Source of the DNA: Octopus vulgaris | Taxonomy: Eukaryota | Direction: 5' to 3' | Length of the DNA: 64,000 bases | Assembly (NCBI GenBank): GCA_951406725.2 | Contig: OX597820.1 | Coordinates: 86,056,001 to 86,120,000, forward strand | Part shown: positions 29,422 to 42,062 of the stretch, one piece after another | Layout of the letters: every line of letters starts with the position of its first letter | How positions within the stretch are numbered: position 1 is the stretch's first letter | Position numbers and translations under genes: made by a program | Notes under the pieces: model-generated | Databases searched by the model: none | Told to the model about the DNA's origin: nothing | What the model saw: only the letters and a program-made list of their open reading frames with translations

Positions 29422-31089
29422 AAATAGCTGCTAAGATTTTCAACATTAAGTTAGATTAGATTCATATTATTAGCATTTCTTTCAGACAGAAAAGTGTATC
29501 AGGTGTTTATCCTGGTCCGCTGCTCCACTGGTTTCCAACCGCGGAGTATAGGACACACTACAGGGTCGTAAGAGTTTGCTTGTGGTATTGAAAGGTTTGA
29601 AATGTATCTATCTCTGTATTCCAAAAACTGGAAAGCTGCAAGAGAAAGATAAACCACACTCGCAGAAAAGCAGATTTGCCTATGGATTTTAAAATGGAGC
29701 AAAACTCTATTGGATTAAAACTTGGCTACCTTAAACCAGGATAGATTTACGAAATCACAGTATATCTGAAAACCATTGTATAATATGTTGCTATGCACCG
29801 TATAGTAAGATGCTGTGTAAATGAACATATAACATTTAGAAAGGTAAATGAAATATATTTAAGTAAATGATTTGGGAGAAAGATGACGGGGTTTTCAGGC
29901 GCTCTTATATGTATCGCACACCGATCGGCATATACATGATACAGATTCAACACTGAACCTGCTCCTCCTTTCTATCTAAAATTGATTTCTAAAACAATTT
30001 TCTGAGAAGTTATTGCATAAAGATCACAACAAACGTAGAATGTACGCCACTTTGTTCAAAATGTTGTAGGTGTTGCTGCTGCTACTGCTCAGACCAAGTT
30101 CCGATATGAGTTCGAGCAGACTGATAATCGAGTGCATTCTAGCCAAGATCATCGTAACCTTTTCGTATATAGGGAACTCAGGCCTACTTCATCGAAAATA
30201 TCTTTATTTTAAAAACGGTCGTTTATGAACTGAGAGAGATTTAAGAGTAATATCTAGCAAGCCAAACAGTCATGTAGCTACACACCGTTTGATTTGTAAA
30301 GTATATTGCAACTTTATTTATTAGCCTGTATAATGTATAACTTTGCATGTCCTATTTTCTTTCAGTTCTAAACATAATAGGCTCTCCGCATGATTCCATC
30401 TAATTATTCTTTTTACCATTTCACCTGTCTAACTGCCACTAGTACAAATAAATGAAATGTGAAAACACAGGAGCTCATTTCTAATATTTAAGGTCATCGC
30501 CACACGTAATTTCCCTTCCATTACCTTTAAAATGTTCGCTCTATAGCTAGCCATTATCGTCACCAATCTCTTCTTTATTTTCTCTCTTTCTCCCATTGGA
30601 ATACATCTACATTTTGGGAAACGCACAATAGCTCGTTACATTCCTACAATGTCCCAGTCTTATTAACATCTCAAAGCACGCCAATTATCGGCCCTTCAAT
30701 TTAGTCATTGAAAGTGTGATTCCTTATGTCTTCATAATACTGTTAGAAGAAGACTACAAAAAAAGGTAGTTAAGGAACGTCATAAAGTGAACTAAAAGGT
30801 GATGTAAAACTTGTTATAAATTTCAGATTTAGTAACAATTGAGGGAGGGGTCGTGTCGCTTGTGATGCACTTTAAGCTTCATTATGTTGTAGATTTCAAT
30901 AGTTCACGACCAGTAAAATAGCTTACTAAGTACAGATTCAGCACTATCGACAAAAATATATATATATAATATAGTTAATATAAATAACATATATAATATA
31001 CATAAATAAATAATATATATGTAATATATATATATATAATATATATTTTATATATATATATATATATAAATGATATATATAATATATAT

Positions 31090-31159
31090 AATTACTCCTG
31101 CCAAGCTAAATATATAAATAATATATATTATTTATATGTCTAGCTTTGCAGGAGGAATT
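31090..31159. repeat. Spacerless palindrome (35-bp arms, 4 mismatches) abutting a TA-rich tract
   Basis: aattactcctgccaagctaaatatataaataatat | atattatttatatgtctagctttgcaggaggaatt. Confidence 0.9.
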
Positions 31160-33100
31160 TCAATCAGGGAATGTATTATCACAGAAAGAAGACTGAATTT
31201 TAAATTTAATGAAAAATATATAAGAAAATTCTCAAGTAAATAATTATTGATCTGTTAAATCAGGAACACATTTTTTACATTTTTAAGTTATTGAATAAAT
31301 AAATAATTATTATGCTATTTAAAAAGAGTTTATGTTCTTGAATGAATTATTGTTAAGCAATTACAAAATTAAATTAAAAAGAACATTTTGAAGTCAAAAA
31401 TTAGTAGACAGTTAAATGAAGAATAATATTTTGACAAGATGGAAAATATATAGGAAATCTTCTTTGGTTAATGAATGTGCAAACAGACAAGAATAAAACA
31501 GATTTTTAGGTTAATTGATTAAATTAACATTTTTAAGTGTAGACACAGCAAACGTGATAGAAAGAAAAAAAACGAGATAGGTAGAATAATAGAGAGATCA
31601 GACGAAAAAGTATAGACTAACTTTTTAACACCAGCATATTAGAGATAGATATATTAATCTATGTGGGATGTCTACGAAACAGAGAGTGAGGAAGAAGCAG
31701 AGAGCGAGATAGAAGAGAAGAATTGTGTTTTTTAAAAAACTACTGAGTTCTCTTTTGTAGTTTTTAAGTTAATAAATAAAGAAGAGTCAGAAAAATATTC
31801 TAAGTTGAAGTGTAATAATGTTCTTCATTAAATCATAATTTAAAAAATTAAAGAAAAAAAATTTCTTCATTTAATATCTAATATATTAGGAACGAAATAC
31901 AGTCGGAATTTAGATTTTTAAAACATATTGTCTAATATTAAAAGAACTAGACTGATAAAAAAAACACACACTTGTTATTAATTATGAGATGATAAAGGAG
32001 AACAGTCGGGGGAAAATTCATAAATTAAAGAGCAATCATATTTCTAAATTAATAGTTATAAACAATTAAACGCTGTCAAATGTTGGAAGAATAAAGTTTC
32101 CTATAGCCTTTTTGTCAATAACGGTAGAAAAAGTCTGTTAATAAAAAAGAAAAATCAGGGGAAAACTATTAAATTAATGGGTGATTTTTTTTTTAATTTA
32201 GAAATAATGCATAATTAAATCTCAAGTTCACCAGTAATTGATAAACCTTAAGTGAAATTGCAATAATTAAAGAGAGAATCATAATCGTAATGATCGGAAG
32301 GATACGTAAATATGAACGATATCAATAACAATAGTAATAACAATTCCTTGTATTTGCAACTGGGAAGTCAGATGAGGGGAATATTGCAAAAGGAGGTTAC
32401 AATTTGAGGGTGACTACTTCAAAAGTGGTGGGGAAGAAGGAATAAGGAGAATGAGATAATAGGAATACATAGTGCACAAATATGTCAATGCATTGTTGAT
32501 ACATACCCACTGATACAGCAGGGCCCCGCAACTAGTATAAATCAAGAAATTTCGCTAACCCATGATCACCTTGGTCTCCAGGCGCAAGTATCCTTTCCCA
32601 GTTGCTCTTCTTCAACCTACAAGCACGTGATTATACTAGGTGCATTCACTCTTGCTCTTTTGAGAAATTCACAGAATTAAACCGCTACCTTCCCCACTCT
32701 CTCGCTCCTACCCTTGCAGAAATTGAACAACCCTTGTGGGCGTTACTGAATATTATCAATCATAGGGAATCAGGGGAAGATGTAGTATATATAAATATGT
32801 GGAAAAAAAGGAGAGAAAGAAGCGTTAAGAATGAGAGAGATCATGCGGTTTTGCATATAAGTGCTTAAAAGAGAACATCATTAAACATGATACAGATAAT
32901 GAATAGTTAGAAAACTATTAGTTACTGGGGAAGGATGAAGTTTAAGAGTTTAAGAAAGTGTATTAATCAAGGAAATATATTAATTTAGGCAGAAATTAGA
33001 ATTTTTAAATTAAACAAAAACAAAGGTAAAAGTAAAATATATAAGCGAAATATTTCCCTCCTTTTAAGAAAATTTTATTAAAAATCCTATACAACCACTT
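31160..33100 (-). mobile_element. Possible ancient APE-type (L2/CR1-like) LINE relic
   Basis: Only faint motifs on the minus strand (PTTFEVVTLKL, LSITGEL ~ LIITGDFN) in a strongly strand-asymmetric AT-rich tract. Confidence 0.25.
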
Positions 33101-33724
33101 TAAATGTATCATGCGCCTACCATATTTTATTATCTCTGATGTAAACAAGTAACACACCAGCTTAAAAAATTCTGCATCTGCTTATTACGTCGAAGAGAAT
33201 GCGACTGTCGAATTAAGAAGACGAAAGTCCAGATCTGGCACTCTAGCGCAGAAAGGTGAAAATTACGAAAAAAAAAACTCGTACAATAATCTATGGGAAC
33301 CGGCACCGAGCTCTGTCAGATGTTTAGGAACTATTACAGAAACTGCCACGAGTATCTCAGTTAAATCTTCACAAAGAGAACAATTTTAACAATGTAAAAG
33401 CATTGAGGTAAGTCTATGCTATGTGCATTTGCCTCAGTTATCTCCCGTGCACATTCAAACAAAATGCAAGGTGGTATTGACTAAACTTCAGGAAAATTTC
33501 TGGGTTAATTTTCAGGAGGGAAAAAAGTGAAGGAATCGCTGTGTACATTCCAAATATATAGGAAATATATTAAGTCATTAATTATAACCGTGAGGGATTA
33601 TTTTTTCAGAGTTGGTTCACAACATTTCTTATATTATATAAAATATACACTAAGTATTGGTTTTTCTCTGTTCCACATTCTAGAAACTAAACGCACAACA
33701 TGTGTATTTAACACACACACACAC

Positions 33725-34137
33725 ACACACATCACATCACAACGCACCACCACGCACACACCAGCACTGACCAATTCCCATCCCCACATTTTCACACCTG
33801 CACATACACGCAAACGTCAAGATCACCAACCTTCTTTCACACGCACATACGTACTCTCTTGCACACACGCACAGCTTCGTTTTGGGATTAGTACTACTTT
33901 GTTATCTCCCCTACTTCTTAGCTCCTCTGTGTGACCCTCCTATCCAGCATTCGCCATGATAGATCGCTAGCCACTACACACATTTTTTTCTCTCCTTGTT
34001 TCTTTCTGTGTTCCTTTCTGTGGAAGAGCATAGGCTCGAAACGTTAAAGATTTTTTCATTTCCCGAGCATCATACTAATACATCTGTTTGTTTTCTACAC
34101 CACCTGTCTCTGTCTTTTGTTTTTTGTGAATTCTACC

Positions 34138-34140
<3 letters not shown>
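33725..34140 (+). mobile_element. Penelope-like pseudo-LTR fragment with hammerhead-like motif, ending at (TA)n
   Basis: Contains cttt-ctgtggaa-gagc(atag)gctc-gaaa-cgt-t-aaag (34014-34049) and ends directly at (TA)n 34141-34190. Confidence 0.55.
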
Positions 34141-34193
<53 letters not shown>

Positions 34194-34286
34194 GAGTAAA
34201 CACATAAATGTGAAACAAGGTGGAAAAAAGAGTACTCAAATACCAGTGGTAGAGTAATATGCTTTATTTAAAGCAGCAGAAAATTC

Positions 34287-34340
34287 AACAAAATCTGTTA
34301 CTCTGAGTTTCTCGTTGCCGTTCATCAGACAGTTTTTGTT
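34287..34340 (-). ncRNA. Minimal type-I hammerhead ribozyme motif (minus-strand copy)
   Basis: Reverse complement reads aacaaaaa-ctgt-CTGATGA-acg(gcaa)cga-GAAA-ctc(a)gag-TA-acag-attttgtt. Confidence 0.7.
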
Positions 34341-34347
34341 AGAATCT

Positions 34348-34401
34348 AACAAAAACTGTCTGATGAACGGCAACGAGAAACTCAGAGTAACAGATCTTGT
34401 T
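34348..34401 (+). ncRNA. Minimal type-I hammerhead ribozyme motif (plus-strand copy)
   Basis: Stem I ctgt/acag (extendable aacaa/ttgtt), core CTGATGA 34360-66, stem II acg-gcaa-cga, GAAA 34377-80, near-palindromic stem III Actc-a-gagT, GUA cleavage triplet (cut after 34389). The stem II closing pair is A.A rather than the usual R-Y. Confidence 0.7.
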
Positions 34402-34425
34402 GAATTTTCTTCTGCTTTAAATAAA

Positions 34426-34474
<49 letters not shown>

Positions 34475-34476
<2 letters not shown>

Positions 34477-34830
34477 GGCGGTGCATCAGAGGGGGAGAAA
34501 GACCCAGGAAGACTTGGGACGAAGTAGAGAAACTTGATCTTCGGTTGTTGAGTCTCACAGAGTCGATGGCAAGTAACAGTGGGTTCTGGCGATTTGCTGA
34601 ACTTGAAAAGACACGTGAACTTAAGTGAAATCGTGGTCGTAACTAGTGCCGGTGACACGTCAAGGACACCCAGTATAATGTGCTGAGTGGATAGCGTTAG
34701 GAAGAGGAACCAGATGAAGAAACCAAGCCCAAAGAGACTGAAGACCGTGCAGCTTTCCGGCTTACCGGCTTCAGTCAAACCGTCTAAACCATGCCAGCAT
34801 ATAAAACTAATGAAATTAATGATGGTGATC
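34475..34830 (+). mobile_element. RTE-clade LINE 3' end
   Basis: RPRKTWDEVEKLDLRLLSLTESMAS...WR is typical of an RTE ORF C-terminus; 3' UTR ends ...aaccatgccagcat...tgatggtgat tail. Confidence 0.75.
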
Positions 34831-34994
34831 TGTGTGTTTGTATATATGTCTGTGTATGTATATATATGCAGTGTATCGGATGTTTTTATACAACGCTTGT
34901 CACAATGCGCTTTCTCCTCACAGTGTTGGAATGATGTTGGAACTTAAATGTCTTTACGGGCAAGGCAAACATTACCCAACCAAACAAAGCTCTA

Positions 34995-35117
34995 ATGGAG
35001 CAACGTAAAATAGAGTGCTTTACTCAAGAACACTGTACAACCCTCGCTCCAAGAATTATACCACAATCTCAGAATTGTGAGTGCAACACCCTAATCATTG
35101 GGCCATGCCCCGCCCAC
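34995..35117 (-). mobile_element. SINE family C head fragment
   Basis: Reverse complement resembles the head of 45941-46183 (gtgttcttgagtaaagcactctattttacgttgc). Confidence 0.55.
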
Positions 35118-35136
35118 ATACACAAACACAGGCATA

Positions 35137-35172
<36 letters not shown>

Positions 35173-36019
35173 TGTATGTATGTATGTATGTATGTATGTA
35201 TGCATGCATGTATGTATACCATATACCATAGACCCATTATATAAATATGTGTGCAAGCATGATATACGTGTGACTTTTATACGTACGTACGAATGACTGT
35301 AAGAGTAATGTAAAATATTACAGGCATTTGAAAACATTTTATTGTGATTTAGGTATAGAAACATTTAATAATACAATCTTCCAACTGTAAGAGAATCTTT
35401 AAAGAGAATACGGCTTGGTATACGCATAGACACACGCACACAAGTGTGTACGTATATAAATTTGTGTCCGTGAGCATTTGCGTGTTTATATGTATGTGTC
35501 TATACCTGTCTACATGTAATGAGGTGCACGCATATATGTGCATACATGTGTGGTTGCTCATGCTGATTATCACGCGTTGCTGGCAGAAGCTTCAAGAAAA
35601 TGTTGAGGCTGCTAGTCTGATTTTTTAAAGTTTTGGAATATAATATATAGATATATATTCTTACAGAACAAAGAACCAGTCACATGTAAATACACATAGT
35701 AACTACTTGTGTCATCAGACTAAATTTTATTATCATACACGGAGTGGGGTTTGGTATATATACTACTTCCTTCTGGCTTTATAACGTATATCACATAAAT
35801 CTTTTATATATATATATGTTAATATGTGTGTATATATATGTACATACATATGCATATACATGTATATATATATGTGTGTGTGTGTATGTATGTGTGAATG
35901 TGCAGATACATATATATATACGGCTACATACTTAACTGCATTTATATGCATACTTATAACCGTAAGAAGATATATATATATAAACATATATATACATATG
36001 CATGTATGTATGTATATAC

Positions 36020-36053
<34 letters not shown>

Positions 36054-36548
36054 TCATATAAATATATGTGTATGTGTGTATACGTATTTGTTTATACATA
36101 TATTTATAGATAGATTGACATATATATATATATATATGCTAGTATGTTTGTATGTATATATGCATGTATCTGTGTGTGAACGAACGTTTGCATGTATGTA
36201 TTCGTTTACACTCTTACTCGCTAATACAGCAGACTCCTCCATGTAAATCATTGGTCCTCATGAAATGAAATCTTTCATGAATTCAATTCAGTTCTGCTGG
36301 TAGCGTGTTATTCTTTGTTTCTGATCGCTGATCGCATCTTAGCAACGAGAAACTCAGTGAAGAGAAGTAAACGTGAATTACTTGAAATTAAGGTACGAAT
36401 GCTGAATATTTATTCAAGTGTTGTTCAAGTAATAATTTTAATACAGTCGATTTTGCTTGGAGTCCGTATGGCATGTGTCCGCCATTGCTCTTAAAGATTG
36501 TGGTTATCGTGTGCTATATATTGTTCCGTTGCTGAATAATTATCATTG

Positions 36549-36587
<39 letters not shown>

Positions 36588-36593
36588 TTATTA

Positions 36594-36670
<77 letters not shown>

Positions 36671-36929
36671 ATCTTTATCATCATCATCATCATAATTGTG
36701 TTTGCAAGGGAATAATGTCGGTTCCGATCTCAAAATATATTATTTATATAATTTTCTCTTTGCTTTTGATTTTGTTTTGAAGAAAGTTATTTTAGTTTTG
36801 CTGTACCATTTTATTTTTATACTAAATTGTATCCTCGGAAACTATACTTCTCTGTGAAACTTTTTCCCCTTTGAACCATTATTCCTTGATTGTTTTGTAA
36901 TATTTACCCGCTTTAAAAACTAATAAGTA

Positions 36930-38750
36930 AGCATGGCGTCAAATATTCTGATAAAATGTCAGGGAAATGAGAGGAAGGATTAGAAGAGTTGTCTTGACCC
37001 TGCCTTCCCGCCTTTAAACAAGGTACTACCATCATTACTATCTCCGAGACCACCATTTCCGATGGAAATAACCACAGCAATAACAAAAAAAAACAAGAAA
37101 GGTAAATATCTATTCGGTTATGGCTGCTGTTTTCTTGGACATGGAGAAATTTATGAGGCAAATATGTTTTCTTTTTTTTTTTGTTTTCGTGAACAAAACA
37201 GAAGCTGTAAAAACAAATTGGCCAAGCCGACAGATGGAGCTTTTTATCCAAATGGATCACCAAAGTATGAATCAATCCCACAGTTAATTATTCTGCCAAA
37301 CGACACAAAATTATATGTGGCCGCTAAGAATAGAAGTCTGAAGAATCATTTGTTTGATACAAACTATCGCAACGTTTTCTGTTCGCAGCAAAAAAGGGAA
37401 AGAGACTTTGAGTTGTTTATGCTCTAACGCCTGAAGAAAGTTGAACATATGCATGGTAGTCCTTGGAACCTGCTGCTCTTTTAGTGCTTGCTGGCTACAG
37501 CAACACTGTTTACATGTCCGTTTGGATTGTATGTGATTAGCTCTATTGGAGAGGGGGCTTCAAAAGTTTGGCGATTCTGCTCAGATTTTCTAACTGCTTG
37601 AGAGATATCAATTGGATATCCGGGATGCCCCAACATGAACATGGACAAACCGCATTGAGTCATCTGTATGGTATCTAGATAGAGTATTCAGTAAGCCACT
37701 AAGTAAGGAAACCATAGAGTATTCTGTAAGCCAGCGGGTAAGGAAGGCATAAGTTACTCTTTACTCTTTTACTCTTTTATTTGTTTCAGTCATTTGACTG
37801 CGGCCATGCTGGAGCACCGCCTTTAGTCGAGCAAATCGACTCCGGAACTTATTCTTTGTAAGCCCAGTACTTATTCTATCGGTATCTTTTGCCCAACCGC
37901 TAGGTGACGGGGACGTAAACACACCAGCATCGGTTGTCAAGCAATGCTAGTGGGACAAACACACACACATATACATATATACATATATATATACATATAA
38001 ACGACAGGCTTCTTTCAGTTTCCGTCTACCAAATCCACTCACAAGGCATTGGTCGGCCCGGGGCTATAGCAGAAGACACTTGCCCAAGATGCCACGCAGT
38101 GGGACTGAACCCGGAACCATGTGGTTGGTTAGCAAGCTACTTACCACACAGCCACTCCTGCGCAATCTTCGGCTAAACAGTCCAAAACTTTATAATCTAC
38201 ATAGTTGATCAAGATATGCTTCGACAACAGGGATCCGGTTACTGGAAACTGAACACTTGCTGCCCGTATTAGAGATCGCATTAAGCGAATTAGCGAAGTG
38301 TATGTGACGAGAGCAGCAATAAGTGGCAGTCTACTCTAAAAAGAAGTATGGAGTAGGATCAATAAAGTTCATAGACACAGAGAAAATTAGAGCAGGGAGT
38401 GATTTAGTTAAACGCTTAGAGGGGTCGCTTAAGAAAGACACTGCAACCGACGTTTTAGCGGTGCGATTAACCTTCGAACAAGTATTCAAAGCGAAGAACG
38501 ATTGCTACATTGTCACAGTTGAGGCACGTCTTCTAAAACACTTGAGGATTAAAGATGTTCAATGAGTCGAATCAGACCCCAGTTGACCTCAATCAGATGT
38601 GAAGTGTTTTTCAGAAGCACTTCATTCGACTGGTCTACACAAAGAGTAGGCTGCAGCACAGGATGGATTTCAATCTCTGCCTCGGCGGCCTGCCACAATT
38701 CTCAGCAGGGATGGATTCGTCGATTTGCGGCGTCCAAATACTCAAATTAA
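36930..38750 (+). mobile_element. Degraded Tx1/L1-clade LINE relic (ORF1 remnant, APE, linker), interrupted by SINE A
   Basis: ESIPQLIILPNDTKLYV (cf. DQVILLDGNTLRV in 48054-51380), TWTNRIESSVWYLDRVF (APE), GSGYWKLN, and LAVRLTFEQVFKAKNDCYIV (cf. LAARLAFDRHLNAKQDGCIV). Confidence 0.7.
37753..38163 (-). mobile_element. tRNA-derived SINE family A, near full length
   Basis: Minus strand begins gcgcaggagTGGCTGTGTGGtaag (A box)...GGTTCAGTCCC (B box), then CORE-like ttgggcaagtgtctt, an internal (TA/CA) tract and an (AAAGAGT)n tail. Confidence 0.92.
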
Positions 38751-38759
38751 ACTGTTTTT

Positions 38760-39050
38760 CCCCACGTGTTAACTTTAATATGCCAGTATCTTTCATCCAG
38801 TAATGAGGTATCAAGCCAAAAGCTTGATAATCTATCCACACTCCGTGTCTCTTACAATTTCGTGTTACAGTGATATTAATGTGTAGTTGATCTTTTGTAC
38901 TTTTTGTGTCTCTTCAACACCACTTTCGTTCTTCATGTAAACGTTTCCTTCTTTCGAACGCAATTGGGCCAGTCAAAAGGTTTCACATCTGAGAAAGACG
39001 TGATAAGTTTATAGTTACCGACCTCATCAACTTCACCAAATCGTCTTGTC
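38760..39050 (-). mobile_element. R4/Dong RT fragment
   Basis: GNYKLIT, KDQLHIN and WIDYQAFGLIPHYW (cf. NYRPIT...KDQLLIN...IDYKKAFDSIPHPW). Confidence 0.7.
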
Positions 39051-39249
39051 AGATATTACAAATAACAAAACAATATCTTTCTCAAATTACATTCGACAGT
39101 CTTGAAATGCAACGACACCTTGAACATAACATTTGGTATACATATTTATCCATTCGCCACCTATGGAGGCTTTTGGTACGTTGTTGATGATTTGTCGGCT
39201 TGACAAGGGCTGAGCTGCAGCTAAATACTAGAAACTTACAATATATACA

Positions 39250-39556
39250 ATGTTATTGTTTGTTCCTTCTCGGGCCATGCCTGATTCATAGGGCCGCTTT
39301 CCCGGTTTCCTTGGCGTATAGGTTCCCCGCCTGGACGAGACGCCGGCCCGTTGCAGGCGCGCTGCAAAATGCAGGAGGAAAGAGTGAGAGAAAGTTGTGG
39401 TGAAAGAGTCAGCAGAAGTTCACCATTACCTCCTGCCGGAGCTGTATGGAGCTTAGGTGTTTCGCTCATAAACACACACATCACTCGATCTGAGATTCGA
39501 ACCCGCGATCCCTCGACCACGAGTCCGCCTTTCTAACCACTAGGCTATGTGCCTCC
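39250..39556 (-). mobile_element. tRNA-derived SINE family C (V-SINE-like)
   Basis: Minus strand: TAGCCTAGTGG (A box), GGTTCGAATC (B box), central ctgcaacgggccggcgtctcgtccagg resembling a V-domain, (AAC/AAT)-like tail. Confidence 0.85.
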
Positions 39557-40195
39557 ACAATATATATTATAGTTATTTAAAATATTTTGGACTCAAACAC
39601 CACCAACCTGTAGTTGCTTTTTCAATTCTTATAGATAGCTAATATAGATTATCAGTCGTATAATGAGCTTTGTTCAACGGAAAATACTCAGTAACACATT
39701 CATTGCATAATGCGGTATTATGTGGTGATAATATAATGCAGTGAATGAGCAAATATTAATTAATTAAAATGACACTTATTATGAAGAAAAATTATCATTA
39801 GTTCCATGATAAAATGTTATAGAATGACAAGAGATACAGCTAATAATATGTTTTAACCAAGTATAACGCAACGAAATGGTACTTACAAATCTACTGGTAT
39901 ATCTAATATTTAGCAGTCACAAAAAGCATGTGTCGAAAGAATATTTACACTGAAGATTGAATAACGATAATTATTAATTACTATATTAATTTAGGGAACT
40001 AACATTTGTATGCATATTACATTCATGTACACATTTTAATTTTGGAAAAGGTGTGTACCGCACAAGCGCCATGCTAGATACAACACAGAGCATATCTGGT
40101 GCCACTCCTGATATTTAAGCTAGTGCATGCAGCTTTAAAAATCAACACCAAATATATCAAGTAGGATATGTATAACATATATGCGAATAGTTTCC

Positions 40196-40560
40196 TTTTA
40201 GTTGTTTCAGTAATGATACTGCGGCCACGCTGGGGTACCACCTTGTAGAAATTTTACTCGAATGAATCGATGAATCGACCCTGGGCGTATTTTTCTTAAA
40301 ACCTGGTACTTAGTCTATTGCTGTTACGGTAACTAACAAACCAACTCCGATTGTCAGGCGTTGGTGTGGACAAACATATAAAGGCACATACTGTATGTGC
40401 ATATATAACGGGACTCTTTCAGTTTCTATTTATCAAATCCACTTCCAAGGTCATGGGCATCCCAGGACTATAGTAGAAGGCACTTGTCCAAGGTGTCACG
40501 GAGTGAGACTGAACCCGGAACCATGTGGTTAGGAAGCAAACTTCTTACCACATGACCACG
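40196..40560 (-). mobile_element. SINE family A copy
   Basis: Colinear with 37753-38163. Confidence 0.85.
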
Positions 40561-41135
40561 ATTTCAGATATTTTTCAAGATATTCTTAAAGATGTGTGTA
40601 AAATTTCCATTAACAATTTTGACTTGTCATTTGCATTCCTTCGTTCCTTTAGCATGCAGTGCTACCTTGTTATCATGTAAGCAAGGCTACTGGGCTACAA
40701 CCCTAACATTTTTATGTTGTGTCAATCTAAGAAATTATTTCTAACACCATATCTCAAATGATACTTTGAAATAACATCGTGAAATACCTTGCAATAATTA
40801 TTGCTTAGCAACTTCGAATCGCTTCAAGGTTGACTAAATATCTGATTCGCGGGGAGTTCGGTAAATACGAATCCAATCGATTACTGCATTCTATATAATC
40901 AGTTGTTCCTCCTCCTAAAATGCATCGCCTTGAATCGTAGTTAGAAACCAGTATCGTTGACGTTAGTCTAAGGGAGAGGCAGGAATATTACAACGTCGAA
41001 CAGAATAACTCTGAGGTATTTATTTATGCTGTTTCACATTCTGCGTCGAAATACCACCATTGTCAAATATGGCTGTTAGCTTTCCGGTTTTATGGAATAA
41101 TATATATAAGCACTGGTTCTGGTATGAAACATATG

Positions 41136-41170
<35 letters not shown>

Positions 41171-41178
41171 CATTAGTT

Positions 41179-41220
<42 letters not shown>

Positions 41221-41226
41221 CCATAT

Positions 41227-41269
<43 letters not shown>

Positions 41270-41675
41270 AAACATTGCCACAACAGGGTACTAATTTTTG
41301 CTGGGAATGGCAGTCGAAAACTGTTCGACGCTAGATAAAGCTTCACTGAATATATAGAGGCAAAGATGTGTGCTGGTGGCGAATATAAAAAGAAGGAATT
41401 CGCCCTACCTCTAGGAGGAACGCCAGAGAAATGGATACCCTAGTACTAGAGTTTCTAACTTTTCAGAATACGTTTGTTATCGTAAAACTTCGTAAAACAA
41501 GTAGGTCTGCCTAAGAGACTAAATTTAAAATATTCGCTACATCAATGCCTCTATACACGGCCCAGGCATAAACAGAACCGAGATCAGTGAAAAGGTTTTA
41601 TATAAAAACAAAAATATTCTTACAATACAATAATATTATTTTCTAGCGAAATAAAATACCGAAAAGATCGAATTA

Positions 41676-42062
41676 TGCCAACCACATGGTCCCGAATTCA
41701 GTCCCACTGCGTGGTAACTTGGGCAAGTGTCTTCTACTATAGCATCGGGCTGACAAAATCCTTGTGAGTGGATTTGGTAGACAGAAACTGGAAGAAGTCC
41801 ATCGTATATGCATATATATGTATATGTATGTGTGTATATGATTGTTTGTTTGTGTTTGTCCCCACCCCCAACATCGCTTGACAACCGATGCTGGTATGTT
41901 TACGTCCCCATAACCTAGCAGTTCGGCAAAAGTGACCGATAGAATAAGTACTAGGCTTACAAAGAATACGCTCTGGGGTCGATTTGCTCGACTAAAGGTG
42001 GTGCTCCTGCATGGCCGTAGTCAAATGACTGAAACAAGTAATAGAGTAAAAGAGGAAAGAGT
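41676..42062 (+). mobile_element. SINE family A copy (A box lost)
   Basis: caaccacatggtcccgaattcagtcccactgcgtggtaacttgggcaagtgtcttc...gtcaaatgactgaaacaagtaatagagtaaaagag. Confidence 0.9.

Larger units (their letters stand above)
34191..34426. mobile_element. Non-autonomous Penelope-like insert: 71-bp unique arm plus 165-bp palindrome, flanked by (TA)n on both sides
   Basis: Arms 34262-34343 and 34345-34426 (82 bp, 2 mismatches, 1-nt centre); (TA)n at 34141-34190 and 34427-34471. Confidence 0.75.

Noticed and set aside
37062-37427. 121-aa ORF or host exon with splice-like signals
   Set aside because: Matches the ORF1 remnant of the Tx1-like element.
39480-39556. tRNA gene
   Set aside because: A and B boxes are present, but it is the head of a multi-copy SINE with no convincing cloverleaf; the same holds for the other SINE heads.
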